From Hydrolagus colliei (taxonomy: Eukaryota): 64,000 nt of DNA. The notes under the pieces were generated by a model. That model ran no database searches. It was not told where the DNA came from and saw only the letters and a list, made by a program, of their open reading frames with translations. The stretch is taken from the NCBI GenBank assembly GCA_035084275.1, contig CM068745.1:82770001-82834000 (forward strand), in the 5' to 3' direction. Position 1 is the stretch's first letter. Each line of letters begins with the position of its first letter. Positions 45,764 to 60,039 of this stretch are shown piece by piece. A program made the position numbers and the translations under genes.

Positions 45764-46991
45764 AGCAAACTGATGTTCCAAAAGTCTGTCAATTTCACTT
45801 CTCACGGGCCAGCCAGTTTCGAAAGAAAAAATGGCCAACTTCCAGGTCAAGTTGCTGCCAATTTTGTGTCCTGAATGCTGCAGGAAATATCTGCTGAGGA
45901 CTTGTTGGGGGGGGGGGGGGGGGAACAGAATACATGCTGCACAGACAGACTCTTAAGCACTTTCCATCATGCTTTTTGATGGAATGATCCATATCCTGCT
46001 CACTGCAAGGATCAATTTTAAGGATCTTAAAAGGGTTAGGGAAATCATTGTTGTGCGTGAGAATATTGCATCTTGAGTAGAAAACTTGGATTAAGTTCAC
46101 ATCTGCCAAATTGACCTCACGAATAAGATTTTATTAAACATTTTGATCTTAATCTTAAAAGTTTTGATCTTTGAGGCTAAGCATGTCTACACAGCTTTTG
46201 TTTCCACATATCCCTAAAATTGCCTGAATAACTTTGCTGGTAAATAGATGAAACATGAAGCACACATTTTGGATACACTCGACCCATCATTCATAAGTGT
46301 GAAATCTTTGTTTCAGAATGGATAATTAGCTGTAGGCCATTGTATTCAACTTAATATGGATCAACCAATTCCAATTTTGTTATTTTTTGTGTTGCCACAG
46401 CTTCTATATACAATATTGTCTGTTTCTAAGTATCGAACAGAATAATACTTAGAATTGCTTCTGTACTAGTTTTGGGGCACAGTACCAAACCTGGTCTTCT
46501 GACACAGAATTGAGAGCAGAATTTCTGGCAACTCTCTGAGGGGGCAGACATAATACAATGCTGTTGTGAGAGTGTAAAGATACATAATTTATAGGAAGAG
46601 TAACCATGTGTGTGAGTGTGTTATATGTATTAACCTAGCTTGAACTTCAGATATTGATGAAAAAGTACTCAAGTTTCACTCTTGCAGATTGATTGCTTTA
46701 AAATTCCACACTACAGTGTCTATTTCTCAAACATTGAATTCAATTGCTATCCCAAGCAAGATGAAAATTGTAAAAGGATTATAGTGTTGGATACAAGCTT
46801 GATTTTAATTGGAATAATTCCTGTTCTTGGAAGTGAGAGTCCTGTTTCCTTTACATTTCTCTTTCATTAACTCTCCCACACACAGTGGGGTGATTGATTA
46901 CTCAAATTCATCCGCATGGACAGTATTGTAACTTCATCCATAGAGGATGGGAGACGTTCTTTTCTTAAGGAGTATTTTTATTCTTTTGCAG

Positions 46992-47086
46992 GTCTTTAAA
47001 CAGAAAGCTGCACAGCTTGCTGAGAAGCTACTGCCTTCATTCAATACTCCCACAGGCATCCCTTGGGCAATGGTAAATCTGAAGAG
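46992..47086 (+). CDS. MAN1A2: MAN1A2 internal exon
   Basis: ttttgcag|GTC...AAG AG|gtgagc. VFKQKAAQLAEKLLPSFNTPTGIPWAMVNLK. Confidence 0.95.
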
Positions 47087-48215
47087 GTGAGCTGATGTAT
47101 CAATATTTGCATATTGCATTGATGGAAATGGTAGAGAAAATGTAGGATTCCGAATAGGAACATCTTTCAAAATATTCCAAGAATAGTAAGGTATTTACCA
47201 CCTATACCCTGGAGTATACATGAATTATTTACACTGGAACCTTCTGGAGACTAAAGGTTATTTTCTTCATATTTTTAGCCATTATATCCATGGTTTTTCC
47301 AGTAGATCCTAGATGGGTTTCAAGTATTCACGCTTAATTCACATCGATTATTTTACAGTAGGTTTCCATCCCATTGGGTTGGGTTGATGATCAAGGTTTC
47401 ACTTTATTCTAATTTATTATAAGAATGCGCTGAATTAAGAATAATCTCTTATTCTGTACATCACTCTAATTGTATTTAGAATATGTATGAGACCAATACA
47501 TTTTTAGATGTATGAAACCAAAAAGAACAAATTTGATGCATTGAAATAGTATTTTCAAGATGTTAAATTGTTTAAAAAGGTTGGTTCCACCTTATTAAAA
47601 CTAGATTTTATCAATGTGGAGTACTTATGATTATAATCAACCTGTGCGGAAGTGGATAGATTCATTGTATTCAGATGCCTGCAAAACAATGCTGACTCTG
47701 TAGCACATAGTGAGTGTAAGGAGTAAGTAAGGAAGAGTTCAAAATCCTCATACTCGCTTTCAAAGCTCTGTAGGACCTTGCTCATCCCTACCTCTGTGAC
47801 CTGATCACTCTCCCTCTCTGGCTTGCTCCATGTCCCTGCCTTTCCCGCCCCATTATCTATTGGCAGTTGGGCCTTCAGACATTGTGCCCCTTCGAAACTC
47901 TATACCACAGTCCCTTCGACCTGCCTCTCCCTCGCTTCTATTATAAGGCATGTCTCAAGTCTCTCTTCGTCCATGCTTTTAGTCACCCTCACTGCTTTCC
48001 ATCCTTCCTCATCCCAACCCTCAGCTCGGAAATCCTTGATTGTCCATCGCCTTAGGACATCCTCCAGGCATGAATGGCCAATACAAATGTAACTGTTGAG
48101 TTGGCTCCAAGATGATGTGCTTGGTAATCAAATGTCATAATTGAGTAAACCCTCGATAGCTGTCTTAGTCGTCTACTTCCTGAGTCGGATAGGTCCACAG
48201 TACTCCAACACTCTA

Positions 48216-48555
48216 CAGTAAAACCTCTATAGTCCGACATTCTGAAAGCTGGCAACTCCCCGAAACTGGTAAGATTTTAAAATATATACAGCATTAGATT
48301 TTTTCAGATGTCGTAACATCGGAAAAAATCTCCCAAAGTTCGGAACAGCCGCGTGCAGTTCCTGGTGTTGCAGCTCTTGTCACCTGGCGCTGTGGGTGGA
48401 GCTTGAGCATTTGTTGGGCTTCAGTGCTGTGTTTAAGGACCAAGTGGTATATGTGGCAGCTCTTCCTCAGCCTAGGGTTGGTTCTAAATACTGGCAAACT
48501 CTGAAATCCGGAAGGTGAGTGGACCCAACTGTGCCAGATTATCTAGATTTTACTG
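48216..48555. mobile_element. Tigger/pogo-type MITE
   Basis: CAGTAAAA(C)CT ... AGATTTTACTG termini, TA TSD. Confidence 0.7.
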
Positions 48556-51500
48556 TACTGACAGACTAGCTAACTTTGTTCAATCAGGAATATCTAGAGC
48601 GACAGATCAGTAACTGGGTGCAGGAATTCCTCCCACTTAGCTCCCGCTAATTCCCTACGACAAAAGACCAAATAGGGAGGATGATCCTTTTTGAATAAGC
48701 ACTGAAAGGGTTGTCAGACAATGGCAAGCAATGTAGTTTTATCTGGTTCTATTCCAGCCATACCCCAACGCACTCTATGGCTCTTGCATAACTGAAGCAT
48801 ATGTAAATGTAGTGAAATTGCTGGGAATTGTGGAACATTTCTAAGGGTTGCAGTAAAAGGCTCCACAGTATCTTTAGCAATTTGGTGTACTCTTTGTTAA
48901 ATGTTTTAATAATAATATTTGGCTATCTGTTTTAGGGTGTTTGTCTCCCACTCCACTTTGTAATTAAAGTATGAATTTACAGTATGTTGCCCAGATATTA
49001 GATGCGTGCTGTAAATCCTGACCATGGTGGAATGTAACTGCTTTCTACGCCCACCCGTTTTCTTCTAGCAGATTCTACTACTTTTTTTTCAGAAAAAAAG
49101 AATGCAGTTAGTTGCTGCAAATTGTGTAGGATTTGATGTCTTATTTTGCATGTATGCAGGATGGTATACAGAGTGCAAACGAACAAACAAAATTGCACTA
49201 ATAAAGCGCCTTTCACGTTGGGAGGACGTCCCAAAACGATGGGATGTCCCTAAGCAACTACTACTGAAGCTTTGCGATATCCTTCTCCGTATTGGACTTT
49301 CTAGAGGATGGTAGCAATGAACTTGCATGTTTCTTGCTCACTGTACTGAATAATATAATGAGCGAGACCTCAAAGTTGCACTTGACAGTTGTTTGATGAC
49401 CAACTGTTATTATTTTCTTGTAATATAATAATAATAAACCTTGCATTTGAAATAGCGTCATCTACAGGTCTTAAAGCGCTTCATAGAATATACTATAAAG
49501 TAAATTAACTGTATATTTGTGGACGAAATGCAACAGCCAGTTACGCACATCAGCGTCCCACAAACTGTTGTGGTTTGACCAAATTATTATTGTTTTTTTT
49601 GTTGAGGGATTATTATCAGGTGTGTTGGAATAAGAAAACTTGTCCAAGGTTTCACCCTGCCGGAAATCGAACTCAGGTTTCTTGCTTGCAAAGCGAGTGC
49701 TCTAACCACTGAGCTACAGTGGAACTTTTGTTTGGATATTCTTAAGCATGGAGAGAATTGTGGTCTCTCTGGGGCCGAGTTCACTCCATTGTGCCTCACT
49801 TGCCAACACGAGAATGGAAAAGTTATTCTCTGTGAGTGGCTTGGTGATCTAATATCTGAACCAGGTTGGCACCATTCAGCCTGACTCTTCAGCGGACTTA
49901 AAAGGGGTAGGTATATGATTGGGAGATGTGGGTTCTTTTAACCGAGCTTGTTTTATACTTCTATACTAATACTAATTGACCTAATCTGATGAGCTAACAT
50001 TACATATTGGTTGCAATTAAGATTACTCTGCCAGCCTAATTCTTTGGTGTAGGAAAGATGAATTCTCAATAAGAATATTATTGCAGTCAAAAAGCAAAAA
50101 TACTGTGGATGCTGCATGTCTGAAACAAAAATGGAAATCACAGGGAACATTCAGCAGATCTTTCTATGGAGAGAGGAAAGCGAGTCAACATTTGAGGATT
50201 ATGACCCTTCGTCAGAACAGTTGCATACTCTCTGACGCAGAATGGTGGGCCCGAAATGTTGCTTCACTTTCCTTTCTCCATAGATGCTGCTATTATTGCA
50301 TTCAGTTATTTTCACTAGTTATTTAACTCAATGGGCAAAAAAAGGGTAAAATTCCTTTTTTAAAGTATTTGCATCCTGTTCAATTTTGATACATTTGACT
50401 ATGACCTATATTGCTTTAAAGTTAATCATCTTATCAAAGAGGTTAGAAATGTCTGTGTCTACAATCCTGACATCCTGCTGTGCTTTGAGAGAATCTCTTT
50501 CTGGACCAAATCATCACAAATGTCTGTTTTGCTTTGAAAGCAAATTGCTGACAAGTTAGCAGGTGGTTATCAGAGAGATGGTCCGACAGCTTTTGACTTG
50601 CTGTTAGTTCTGGGATTTTCAATATGATGGTAATTTTTCCTTGTTTGAATCCTTTGAAAAATGAGCAACTGCAACCTCATTCAGTTCTCAGACCCTATAG
50701 CTGAACATTAGGATTATAATTGCCTACATATTGTGCCCAAATGCAATTATGTATTGGGATTGATGAGATGGACTAGGATAGTCTTATATATTCCTGCGTC
50801 CTCCTTCATCACAATAGTGCGGATATCGGTAACTGGAAGAAGCAATTTGCAATGTGCATTTTTTTTCTTGCCATGCGATTTTAAGCATAGCTATTCAGCT
50901 AGAGTTTGATATAGTTTAGCAAGATTAGATAAATACAGCCTTTTTTAGATGTTCGTTGTTGGGAAAGTCTGTGTGAGCTAAGTCAACCACATCTGATCCC
51001 ATAAGAAATTGGAGCCAGGGTGGTGAAGGAACATTTAAGACTGTATGAATCATGTTTTTTTTTCGGTGGGCTGGATTGTAATCTGTATGAGCCTCGCAGG
51101 AACCGAGTATTCTTTCAGAGTTTTGCTCTCTTCATTTGGAGTTTCTCCAAACCTCTGATTTCTGGTGGAAGAGAAAATAAAATCATGCCTTCTGCATGTT
51201 TAGGTGCAGGTGTGGCACAAAACTGCATTGCATGATGCTGACTGAGTGACTCTAGTTCATTGTTTTCTGCTGCTCCTGTTGTTTTGTATTTTTTCAATAT
51301 AACTTGACTCATGGGTTTATTGCTCATAAAAAAATCTTGTTACCTTGACCTAAATGGACTAACCTAGCACTTTACTTTTCACAAATCAATTACTCATTGC
51401 AGAGGGCAGGCGTTCATGACAATGTGACATCTGAATATACTCGAGTAGTGAAGAATTATGTGTAAAATTTACTTATTTAAATGAATTTCAATCGCAGGTG

Positions 51501-53219
51501 ATAGGAGGACATCAGGTGCATAGACATTGTTGGATATATACAGTGGTGTCTCTGCATGAGCAAAAATGTGAATCTTTGAATCCTAATGATTGGCAGAACC
51601 AAATTTCCTCATATTTAAGCCCAGCACTCAACCTGCTCTACTGTTTAAAGTTGAAATCATGAGGTGAGGGCTACACATTGAGTTTCATTGCATGCGAAGG
51701 CTAGCAACATTATTGTACGGTACGCGATGTTGTTATTTGCAGATTTTTTTTTTTTAAATGATCCTGTGCCAAGAAGGATAATTAAGTGACAATGCTGCCG
51801 CTTTGTGTTGCTTTCTGTTCCAACAGGAGGCGGTCTGAAACTCAACATAAATCTCAACAACCTGTAAGATAATCTGTCAGTTTCTGCCAAACTCCAGGTG
51901 CAAGTAATGGATAATACAGTAGTAGGACTCAAAATATATTTTTCCAGTAGATCACTGCTGCACAGAATTGAAAACTGATTAGCAGTTGGTAATGGTAGGG
52001 TATAAATACCAGGTGAAATGATGCAACATAACTTATTTTCCAGATAGTACAGTAGTATGAAGCAACATATAAAAAACAATGTTGGATATAATGAGCAGGG
52101 TAGGAAATATGACTGAAAATTGACTGATGTTACACTTGTGCCTCCTTTGTTTCCCTTCCTTCTCCAGTTCGTACACCTTGATTTCTCCTTACTTTGAATC
52201 CGATTTGTGTCTTGAGTTATTTCATTCCTTTTTGTGTCTAATCCATTTGAATAATTAAAACCCACTAACAGCCGGTGGATTTTATTTATTCAAAATGGTT
52301 GAAAATGTCAGTGTGTTTGTATTGTTAAATGGAAGACACATGCCCCTCATTTTTTCCCTTCCCACCTCCCATCAACTTAAAAACATGACTCCTATTAATG
52401 ACCTTAAGACCAGTTTTGCTGAGACGACAACAGTTGGTTACTATTTTAGAGAAAATTGGATGGTGTGGAGATATATGGACAGCTTGCCTCTCCACTACAA
52501 TCGATTACTATGATCAGCATGTGGAAAGCATTTACTACAAAGGTGGTTTTAATGGGTAGATTCAATGAAGAAATGAACCGGGAATTGGAATTCTAAGTAT
52601 TAGATGTGTTGCTTGACATTTCACTTTAATCCTATCTCTGGTGATGATGCATTGAGGATGGAGCAACAGTGCAGTATTTCACTCGCGGGCTGGAATGAAC
52701 AGATTCTAAATGCATTGTATTAGCTGGGAGTTTACCAGTGGAAGCAATCTCTCTTTTACAAACTATCAGGTATTATAGAGAGAGCTTTTCATTATTAATC
52801 TAAACGGCCCGCCAAAGGTTGGGCACCAGCACCTCTGCCGCAGGCATTTTAGATGTTGCAACAACAAATGACATCTGTAAAATGCCTTTCATGTCGGGAG
52901 GTTGTCCCAAAGCAATCTCTTGATAATTAAAATCTTGAGGGGTTGTTCAATCCGGTCCGAAGGTAGATGTGAAGAATTTGATTGATTTCTTTAACCCTTT
53001 TGAAACCCTTTTGATTTCTTTAACCCTTTTGCAACAAACTTAAGATTTGTGAAGTGATGTGCCATGTTTTCATTCACGTTTTTAGAAGCTGCAGAGAAAA
53101 ATGCATTTTCCAAATAAAAGTTTACATGACTTTTTATGAAATGACTGGACAAGATTTTATATACTATAATGATTTATTTTTATGAGAGCAGTTATATATG
53201 CGTTTTGATTTGTTTCAAC

Positions 53220-55116
53220 TAGGGTCCGTCGATATGGAAATTTTTCGATATCGATATATCGGTGGGCTCATATCGAGGTATACCAATATATCGATATTTC
53301 CGGGCTTTTTTATACTGCGCATGCGCGCAGGTGCGCACATTCGGAGGTGCGCGCGCATTCGGGGGTGCGTGCGCACACTGAACTAAAAGACCTGGAATGC
53401 TCATCTCCCCCACAAAGTGTCGTCCGAGGTCGCCATTTTGGTTGGTTCTCGACGCGACGAGAGAGTGTGTGACAGGGGAGAGAGAGGGATAGGGGAGAGA
53501 GAGAGACAGAGAGAGGGAAGAGAGGGACAGAGAGAGTGTGACAGGGGAGAGAGAGAGTGTGACAGGGGAGAGACGGGAGAGTGAAAGTGTGACAGGGGAG
53601 AGAGGGGAGCGAGAAAGTGTGACGGGAGAGAGAGAGAGAGGGACAGGGGAGAGAGGGAGGGGGGGAGGATGTGGATCTGACTCAGGTGTTGGCTTATCTC
53701 CTCAGGAGGTAAATACTGTATCAACAACAACTTAAACTTATAAAGCGCCTTTCACGTCGGGTGGGCGTCCCAAGGCACTGCACAGGAAGGCGTGTGACCC
53801 GAGCTGGGAGGGGAGTGTTCGGGAAGGGGTGAAACACGTAGGGGAGGTCGAAAAGTTCGGGGGGGAACAAAAGGCACGGTCAAAGAGGAAAGTCTTCAAA
53901 CCGGCCTTGAAAGAGGAAAGGGAAGAAACGAGACGGAGGGATTGGGGGATGGAATTCCACAGGGTGGGAGCGGAGAAGCTGAAAGCCCAGGCCAAGTCCT
54001 GCTGAACGGAGGGTCCGGGTGGGCTTATAGGGGGAAAGTAAATCGGTTAAGTAGGGCGGGGCAAGGCCGTGTGAAGGTGAGGACGAGGATCTTGAACTCG
54101 ATCCTCTGGGGGATGGGGAGCCAGTGGAGACGGGCGAGGGTGGGGGTTATATGGTCGCGGAGGCGGGTGCAGGATAGTACACGGGCTGCAGAGTTTTGGA
54201 TGACCTGCAGCCTGTGAATGGAGGAACTGGGGAGGCCGACGAGGAGAGAGTTTCAGTAGTCCAGCGGTGAGGTGATGTATGCGTGCACGAGTGTTTCGGC
54301 AGCGTGGGGGGTGAGGTAGTTGCGGAGCCTGGCAGTGTTGCGTAGGTGGAAATAAGCAGTGCCGGTCAAGGCAGGGATGTGGGGAGGAAGGAGAATTGAT
54401 GGTCGAACGTGATGCCGAGGTTCCTGACTGGCTTTGTGAGGTGGAGAGTGCAGCCTTGGATTTTGAGCCTGGCAGCGCCCAATGTGCGGAGGCGCTGGCT
54501 TGAGCCAATCAGGAGGGCCTTAGTCTTGCTCACGTTCAATTGGAGGAAGTTGTCCCTCGTCCAGGACTCAATGTCGGACAGACATGCTGTATCTCTCTTT
54601 CTGTGTGTCTCTCTGTCTGTGTCTCTCTCCTCTCTCCCCCTCTCCGTCTGTCTGTCTGTCTGTCTGTCTGTTATACTGTATATTATCACATTCCCTCTCT
54701 CTCCCCCCCTCCCTCTCTCTCCCCCTCTCCCCCCACCCCTTGTATACCTGTATATTGTAATTGAGGACTACGCAATATGGCGGCTTGATGGCAACACCTC
54801 AGTCTTTGCATTGTGTATAGAGATGAGCATTCTGGGTCTTTTAGTTCAGTGTGCGCGCATTCGGGGTGCGCACGCATTCCGTGCTCTAGGCCCAGGAGGT
54901 TGCAATGCCGGCGACGAGGTAAGCTGGAAAAGATTGCATTATACCGATAATACCGATATATCGCTGGAAATGATATACCGATATTTACGATATTCCGATA
55001 TATATTTTTAATACCGAATTTTTCGATATATCGATATATTTTTAATTCCAATATTGGCATATCGATATGAAAATTATATCAATATAACCGATATATCGAT
55101 ATATTGCCGGACCTTA
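53220..55116. mobile_element. Non-autonomous hAT DNA transposon with subterminal CGATAT repeats
   Basis: TAGGGTCCG...CGGACCTTA termini; perfect 8-bp TSD GTTTCAAC (53212-53219 and 55117-55124). Confidence 0.85.
53723..54586 (-). mobile_element. Young L2 3' fragment inserted in a hAT element
   Basis: Near-identical to 13850-14725; CTGTATC duplication (53716-53722 and 54587-54593). Confidence 0.9.
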
Positions 55117-55606
55117 GTTTCAACCATATTCCTATTGCCATTTTTCACTTTGATCCTCACTGGTACTTTAGATGAGGATGAGATAAACTGGTCTGTGAGC
55201 CTCTCCATTTTAGTCTCATTGTGGTTACTTGAGGAGAGTTGCAACTGTATGTATATGACACTTGCTAATTTCCAATATTTTACCCTTTGCCCTTCCACCT
55301 CCACCTCCTTGCTGCCTTCCATTAGTTTACCAGAGCCCCCCAAAGTGGCTTTCCTTTAAACTCTGATTCGGTTGATGGGCTTCTATTACCAGATCCATGG
55401 CAACTTTATTTCCTAATTAATCAGCAAAGAAAATGTGAAGCAGGTGGGATAGAAATGACAGTATATAGGATTTAATATCATTTTAAGGTGTTGATTAATG
55501 GGACTCAGGATGTTTATTTTGGGAAGCATCCACCCTCCCAAAAAAACATATTGTCCTTGAAGAAAAATTACAAACCGTGTGCTTGCAGTTTTTAATGTTA
55601 TACTAA

Positions 55607-55831
<225 letters not shown>

Positions 55832-56495
55832 TAAAAGAATAAATACACCGTCCTTTTTGAAATATAAGAATCCCGACCATTACCTCCCCCTTTTTTTAAG
55901 ATTATATCCTGTGTCATGGAAATTGTACTGCAAAATACTAGACTTCTGAGAGATTGCTTTACAATTAGTTTTTGTTTGTAGATGGTCAGGAAGGTATTAC
56001 CATTTTTTTTTACAGATGAAAAGTGCGTATGATTCAGACATGAACTGTGTTTTGAATTATGCTTATTTTTGCATGTGAAGTTGATATAAACTTGATATAA
56101 TCAGAATAATTGTCATTTTTAGAAATTGCTTTGCCTTGAAAAAATGATTGTTCTGACGCTGATCACTTGATGATCACTTGAGGTGCTGCAATTTGCTTCT
56201 GTGCCCATGAGTTAGGAAAGGGAAAAATAGGACAAGATTCTTGCTACTCATTGTCATCTAGTTAACTGGATGGCAATTTCCTGGAATTTATACATCAGAT
56301 GAGGACAGGATTGGTATTGATTGTTGACTGGCACTGAAGACCCACACTTGGATTATGATGCACTTTCATCTGAAGAATTTGTGAGGGAAGAGTTAAGAGA
56401 TTATTTGTGAAAATAGAGTTGTAAAGTAAGAATCAATTCAACTTAGATAATTAAGGAGAAATACTGAATGAAGCTATGATTTAAACCAATTGCAG

Positions 56496-56589
56496 GTGTT
56501 GCATATTCGGAAGCTCTTGCTGAAGATGGATAGACCTAATGGCTTGTACCCCAACTACCTTAATCCAAGGACTGGGCGGTGGGGGCAAC
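56496..56589 (+). CDS. MAN1A2: MAN1A2 internal exon
   Basis: ttgcag|GTG...CAA C|gtgagt. VLHIRKLLLKMDRPNGLYPNYLNPRTGRWGQ. Confidence 0.95.
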
Positions 56590-59340
56590 GTGAGTACTAT
56601 TTTGTCTTTTTGAGTTCTTGTGTCTTGTGTCTATTTTGTTTTGTGAGGCATATTATATTATATTAATCAGAATGTGCGCTCACAGTCTAATCCATTTCAC
56701 TTAATCAACCTGCTTGGGTGCAAGTCCCTGACTGTCCAGCGGCTTGGAACATCTTCTTGACGTGAACCGCGCTATGCAAACATAATTTTGAATTGTATCT
56801 TTAGTGCTTTTCTATTTTTGTTGGAGTGTGGGGCTGATAAAAGTAGCTGTTTTACATACCTTGAATGTTTTTTAAAATAAATATAGAAAGCTTTAGTGTC
56901 TAATGTAAATTGTATGATGCTGTTTGCTTAATATCCAGATTTTATTTTCTGATTCCCATCTTTGTCTAAGCAGTCCCTTAACGTTAAATAAATCCGGCTT
57001 TACAATTACAGAATAATGAAGGGAGATTTGGATTCTTTCTTAATCATGCTTTTGCCAGTATGATTCAGACGGAAGTTGAAGGAACCTAAAAAGAGATCAT
57101 TAATATTCTGCTTTACAAGGCAGGCTAAGTAGATCTCTGAAACAGCTCAACCTAGCGGTCGTATGGAGAAGGGAATATTAAATAAATCTAAAATTGATTT
57201 ACAAATAACTTATTTGCAGTTAAGCAATTTGTCAAAAATAACATACAGTATCAGTTTCAAGATGCCTATTTTATAGTCAGTGAATAAAGTTCAGAATCTA
57301 CCTCGAATGGATTTGATTATAAATTATTTGTTGAAGTTGATCATCAAAGGCATAGAAAAGTCATATCAATATCAAATTTATATTGCAGTTGGGAAAATAA
57401 AGTTCTCCAAATAATTTGAGGACACAAATTGATAAACAGATTCTAGCTATTATCAATGAAAGGTATAATTTTTAGCTGAAAGTCAACACTTATTTGTAGA
57501 TGTTTAACATTTTATTGTTGAATCGAGCTGTAATTTGTACTGGTTCGTTGTTAAAGGGAGCTTCAGTAGTCCTGCAACTTACTGTGTTTCTAACTTTATT
57601 TCTGCCCCAATTCCTTCTTTCTAACAGAATTTTGTGCATTTGGGTTTTTGATAGAGGAATACTTTTCAAACTTTGGATTAAGGCACTATACTGTAATTTT
57701 GTTGTTGTAATCTTGTAAAATTGTCTTCTGTGTCTATGCACGATACAATGTGTTATCCAGACTAATACGATGGAACGGGTTACAAATGAAGCTGAAGCAA
57801 TTTGTAACTCTTCACAGCAACGTGCAATTTTTCGAGATATAGTACGTAGGAGTCCTGTAGCTCAGTGATTAGAGCACTCGCCTTACAAGCGTGAGACCTG
57901 TGCAAGGATTATTATTAGTAACCTGCTCCAATTGGTGATTATCTTATGCATAAACATTTGTCATCCATCAAGTAAATCTTACAGACATTGTGCACATTAT
58001 CTGTACAGTGGCGATTTGCCAATTCAGTTATTGCTGCAAGCATTTGAGGTATCCAGAAGATATTGTCTCCCTGCTTGACAGTCTCCCCAAATCCTCCCTC
58101 CACAGGCTGCAGATTATCCAGAACTCTGCAGCCCCTTTTCCTCTCCTGCACCAGGCTCCAGGACTCTTATTAACTCGATCCCTTCTCGACTTCATTGGTT
58201 ACCCGTCACCTGGAGTGTACAATTCAAGATCCTTGTCCTCGCCTTCAAAGCCTCTCCATGACCTTGCTCCTCCCTACCTCTGTGACTTCCTAACCCCCTA
58301 CCAACCTGTCTACTCCCTCTGTTCAGCAGGTTCCAGCCTGCTTCATGTTACCCACCTTGCCTTCAGACCTTCTGCCTCTGCCCCCACCCTCTGGAACACC
58401 ATCTCACAGTCCCTCTGCCTTGTCCCCTCCCTTGCCTCCTTCAAAACCTGTCTCAAGAACCTCTTCTTCGACTGTGCCTTCGGTCACCCTCCTACCCCTA
58501 ACCTCACTGCCCTCCATCCCTTCTGATCACAACCACCAGCTTGGGTGCAGATCTCTGACTGCCCAGCCCTTCGGGATGTTTTCCTGATGTGAAAAGCAGT
58601 ATACAAATGTATTGTGTTGTTGTCTCCATCTGTATCTACATTATTGTGCTTTCTAGCCTCAAATGGTATGTTGTAGTTGATGTTCAAGCTTGCTATTCAG
58701 CTAACAACTTATGTGTACAGGATTTCTATATGATATGAATCCACCCCTGCATGATATCCTCCCACACCCCAACACCCCCCGCTCGGGTCCCGACCAGACT
58801 GTTCAGCGCTTTGGGTAGTCCTCCCGACGTGAAAGACATGAAAGTGCAATTTTGTTGTTGTTGTTGAACAGTGCCAAATGAGGCTTTCACCTACAGTTTA
58901 CTCTGCCTTAACCGAGCGTAGAATTTTGCTGCAGCATTCCTTTCTGTTGCCTTAATTGACAGGTTTCTTATTTTGTGGAATTCAGCAGAATGTATTTAAT
59001 GATGTTTACACTGCTGGAAGGTTTCTGCAGTAGAGCAGTTTCTGTTAAACATCAGCATCAGGATCGCGTCACCTTGACACAAAATGTGCAGTATTATCAC
59101 TGCTTAGCTTTGAAACTGAATTAATTTGTTCACCCTCTCCTCACAGATATGAAAACATATATCTCGGAAAATTAATAAATTGCTTGAAGCTTCTACTGTA
59201 GTCGCTCCTTCTAGGACACATACCTTGGTACTAAATTTAAGGAGAAGGGTTATCTGATATACTTTGGTGCTCAAGATAATTGAATACCTTCAGACCTAAG
59301 GTTTACCAGGACTGCCAGTCATTTATTCAATTGCCATATA

Positions 59341-60039
59341 CAGTAGAAGCCCGTTTATCAGGCCATTGCCGGCTAAAGCGCCTGCCGGATATTCGGTCGG
59401 CCCACGGCCGAAAACCTACCACAAAAAAATTAAAGTTCTTTTAACACACACCATACACACCAGACTAAATAATAACAGAATATTGTATTGGTACTTATTG
59501 CTAAAACTACTCTCTTGCGCTTCTCACCTTTAGCGATTGAGGTTTACAGTCCAGTGATACTTTTTTAAATGAAGGACGCCAAGTGGGTGAAAAAAAGGCA
59601 GCGTGATTTTAAAGTCGTGCGACTTTTCTACCGGCAAGCCGATAACCCTAGACTCTACTAGCAGCAAACCAAAATACTACACCTGTATGACAATGTGGGT
59701 TATCGGCTTGCCGCTAGTATGGCTTTACAATCGCTCTCCGTTTTTTTCACCCGCTTGGCGTGCTCCATTTTAAAAAGAATCGCTGGACTATAAACCTTAA
59801 CCGCACCATCATGGCTTCAAGCGCAGTATCTACTGGCAAAGGTGAGAAGCGCAAGAGAGTAGTTTTAACAATAAGTACCAATACAATATTCTGTTGTTAT
59901 GTTATTATTGATGCATTTACAAATGCTCCACCGCTATTGTTCCAGATAAGTTCCGGTTTATCGAATGGTGACTTTTTTTTCCATCGTGCTGGTTATACAG
60001 AAGTGCTAGTTCGAGTCACGGATAAACGGGCTTCTATTG
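59341..60039 (+). mobile_element. Tigger/pogo deletion derivative
   Basis: TIRs CAGTAGAAGCCCGTTTATC and GATAAACGGGCTTCTATTG, TA TSD; internal MASS...KRKRVVLTI transposase N-terminus remnant. Confidence 0.8.

Noticed and set aside
57849-57900. tRNA genes at SINE heads
   Set aside because: No complete cloverleaf or acceptor stem, and each runs into SINE body or tail.
59147-59227. Poison cassette exon in MAN1A2
   Set aside because: Good acceptor but a weak donor and no other evidence.
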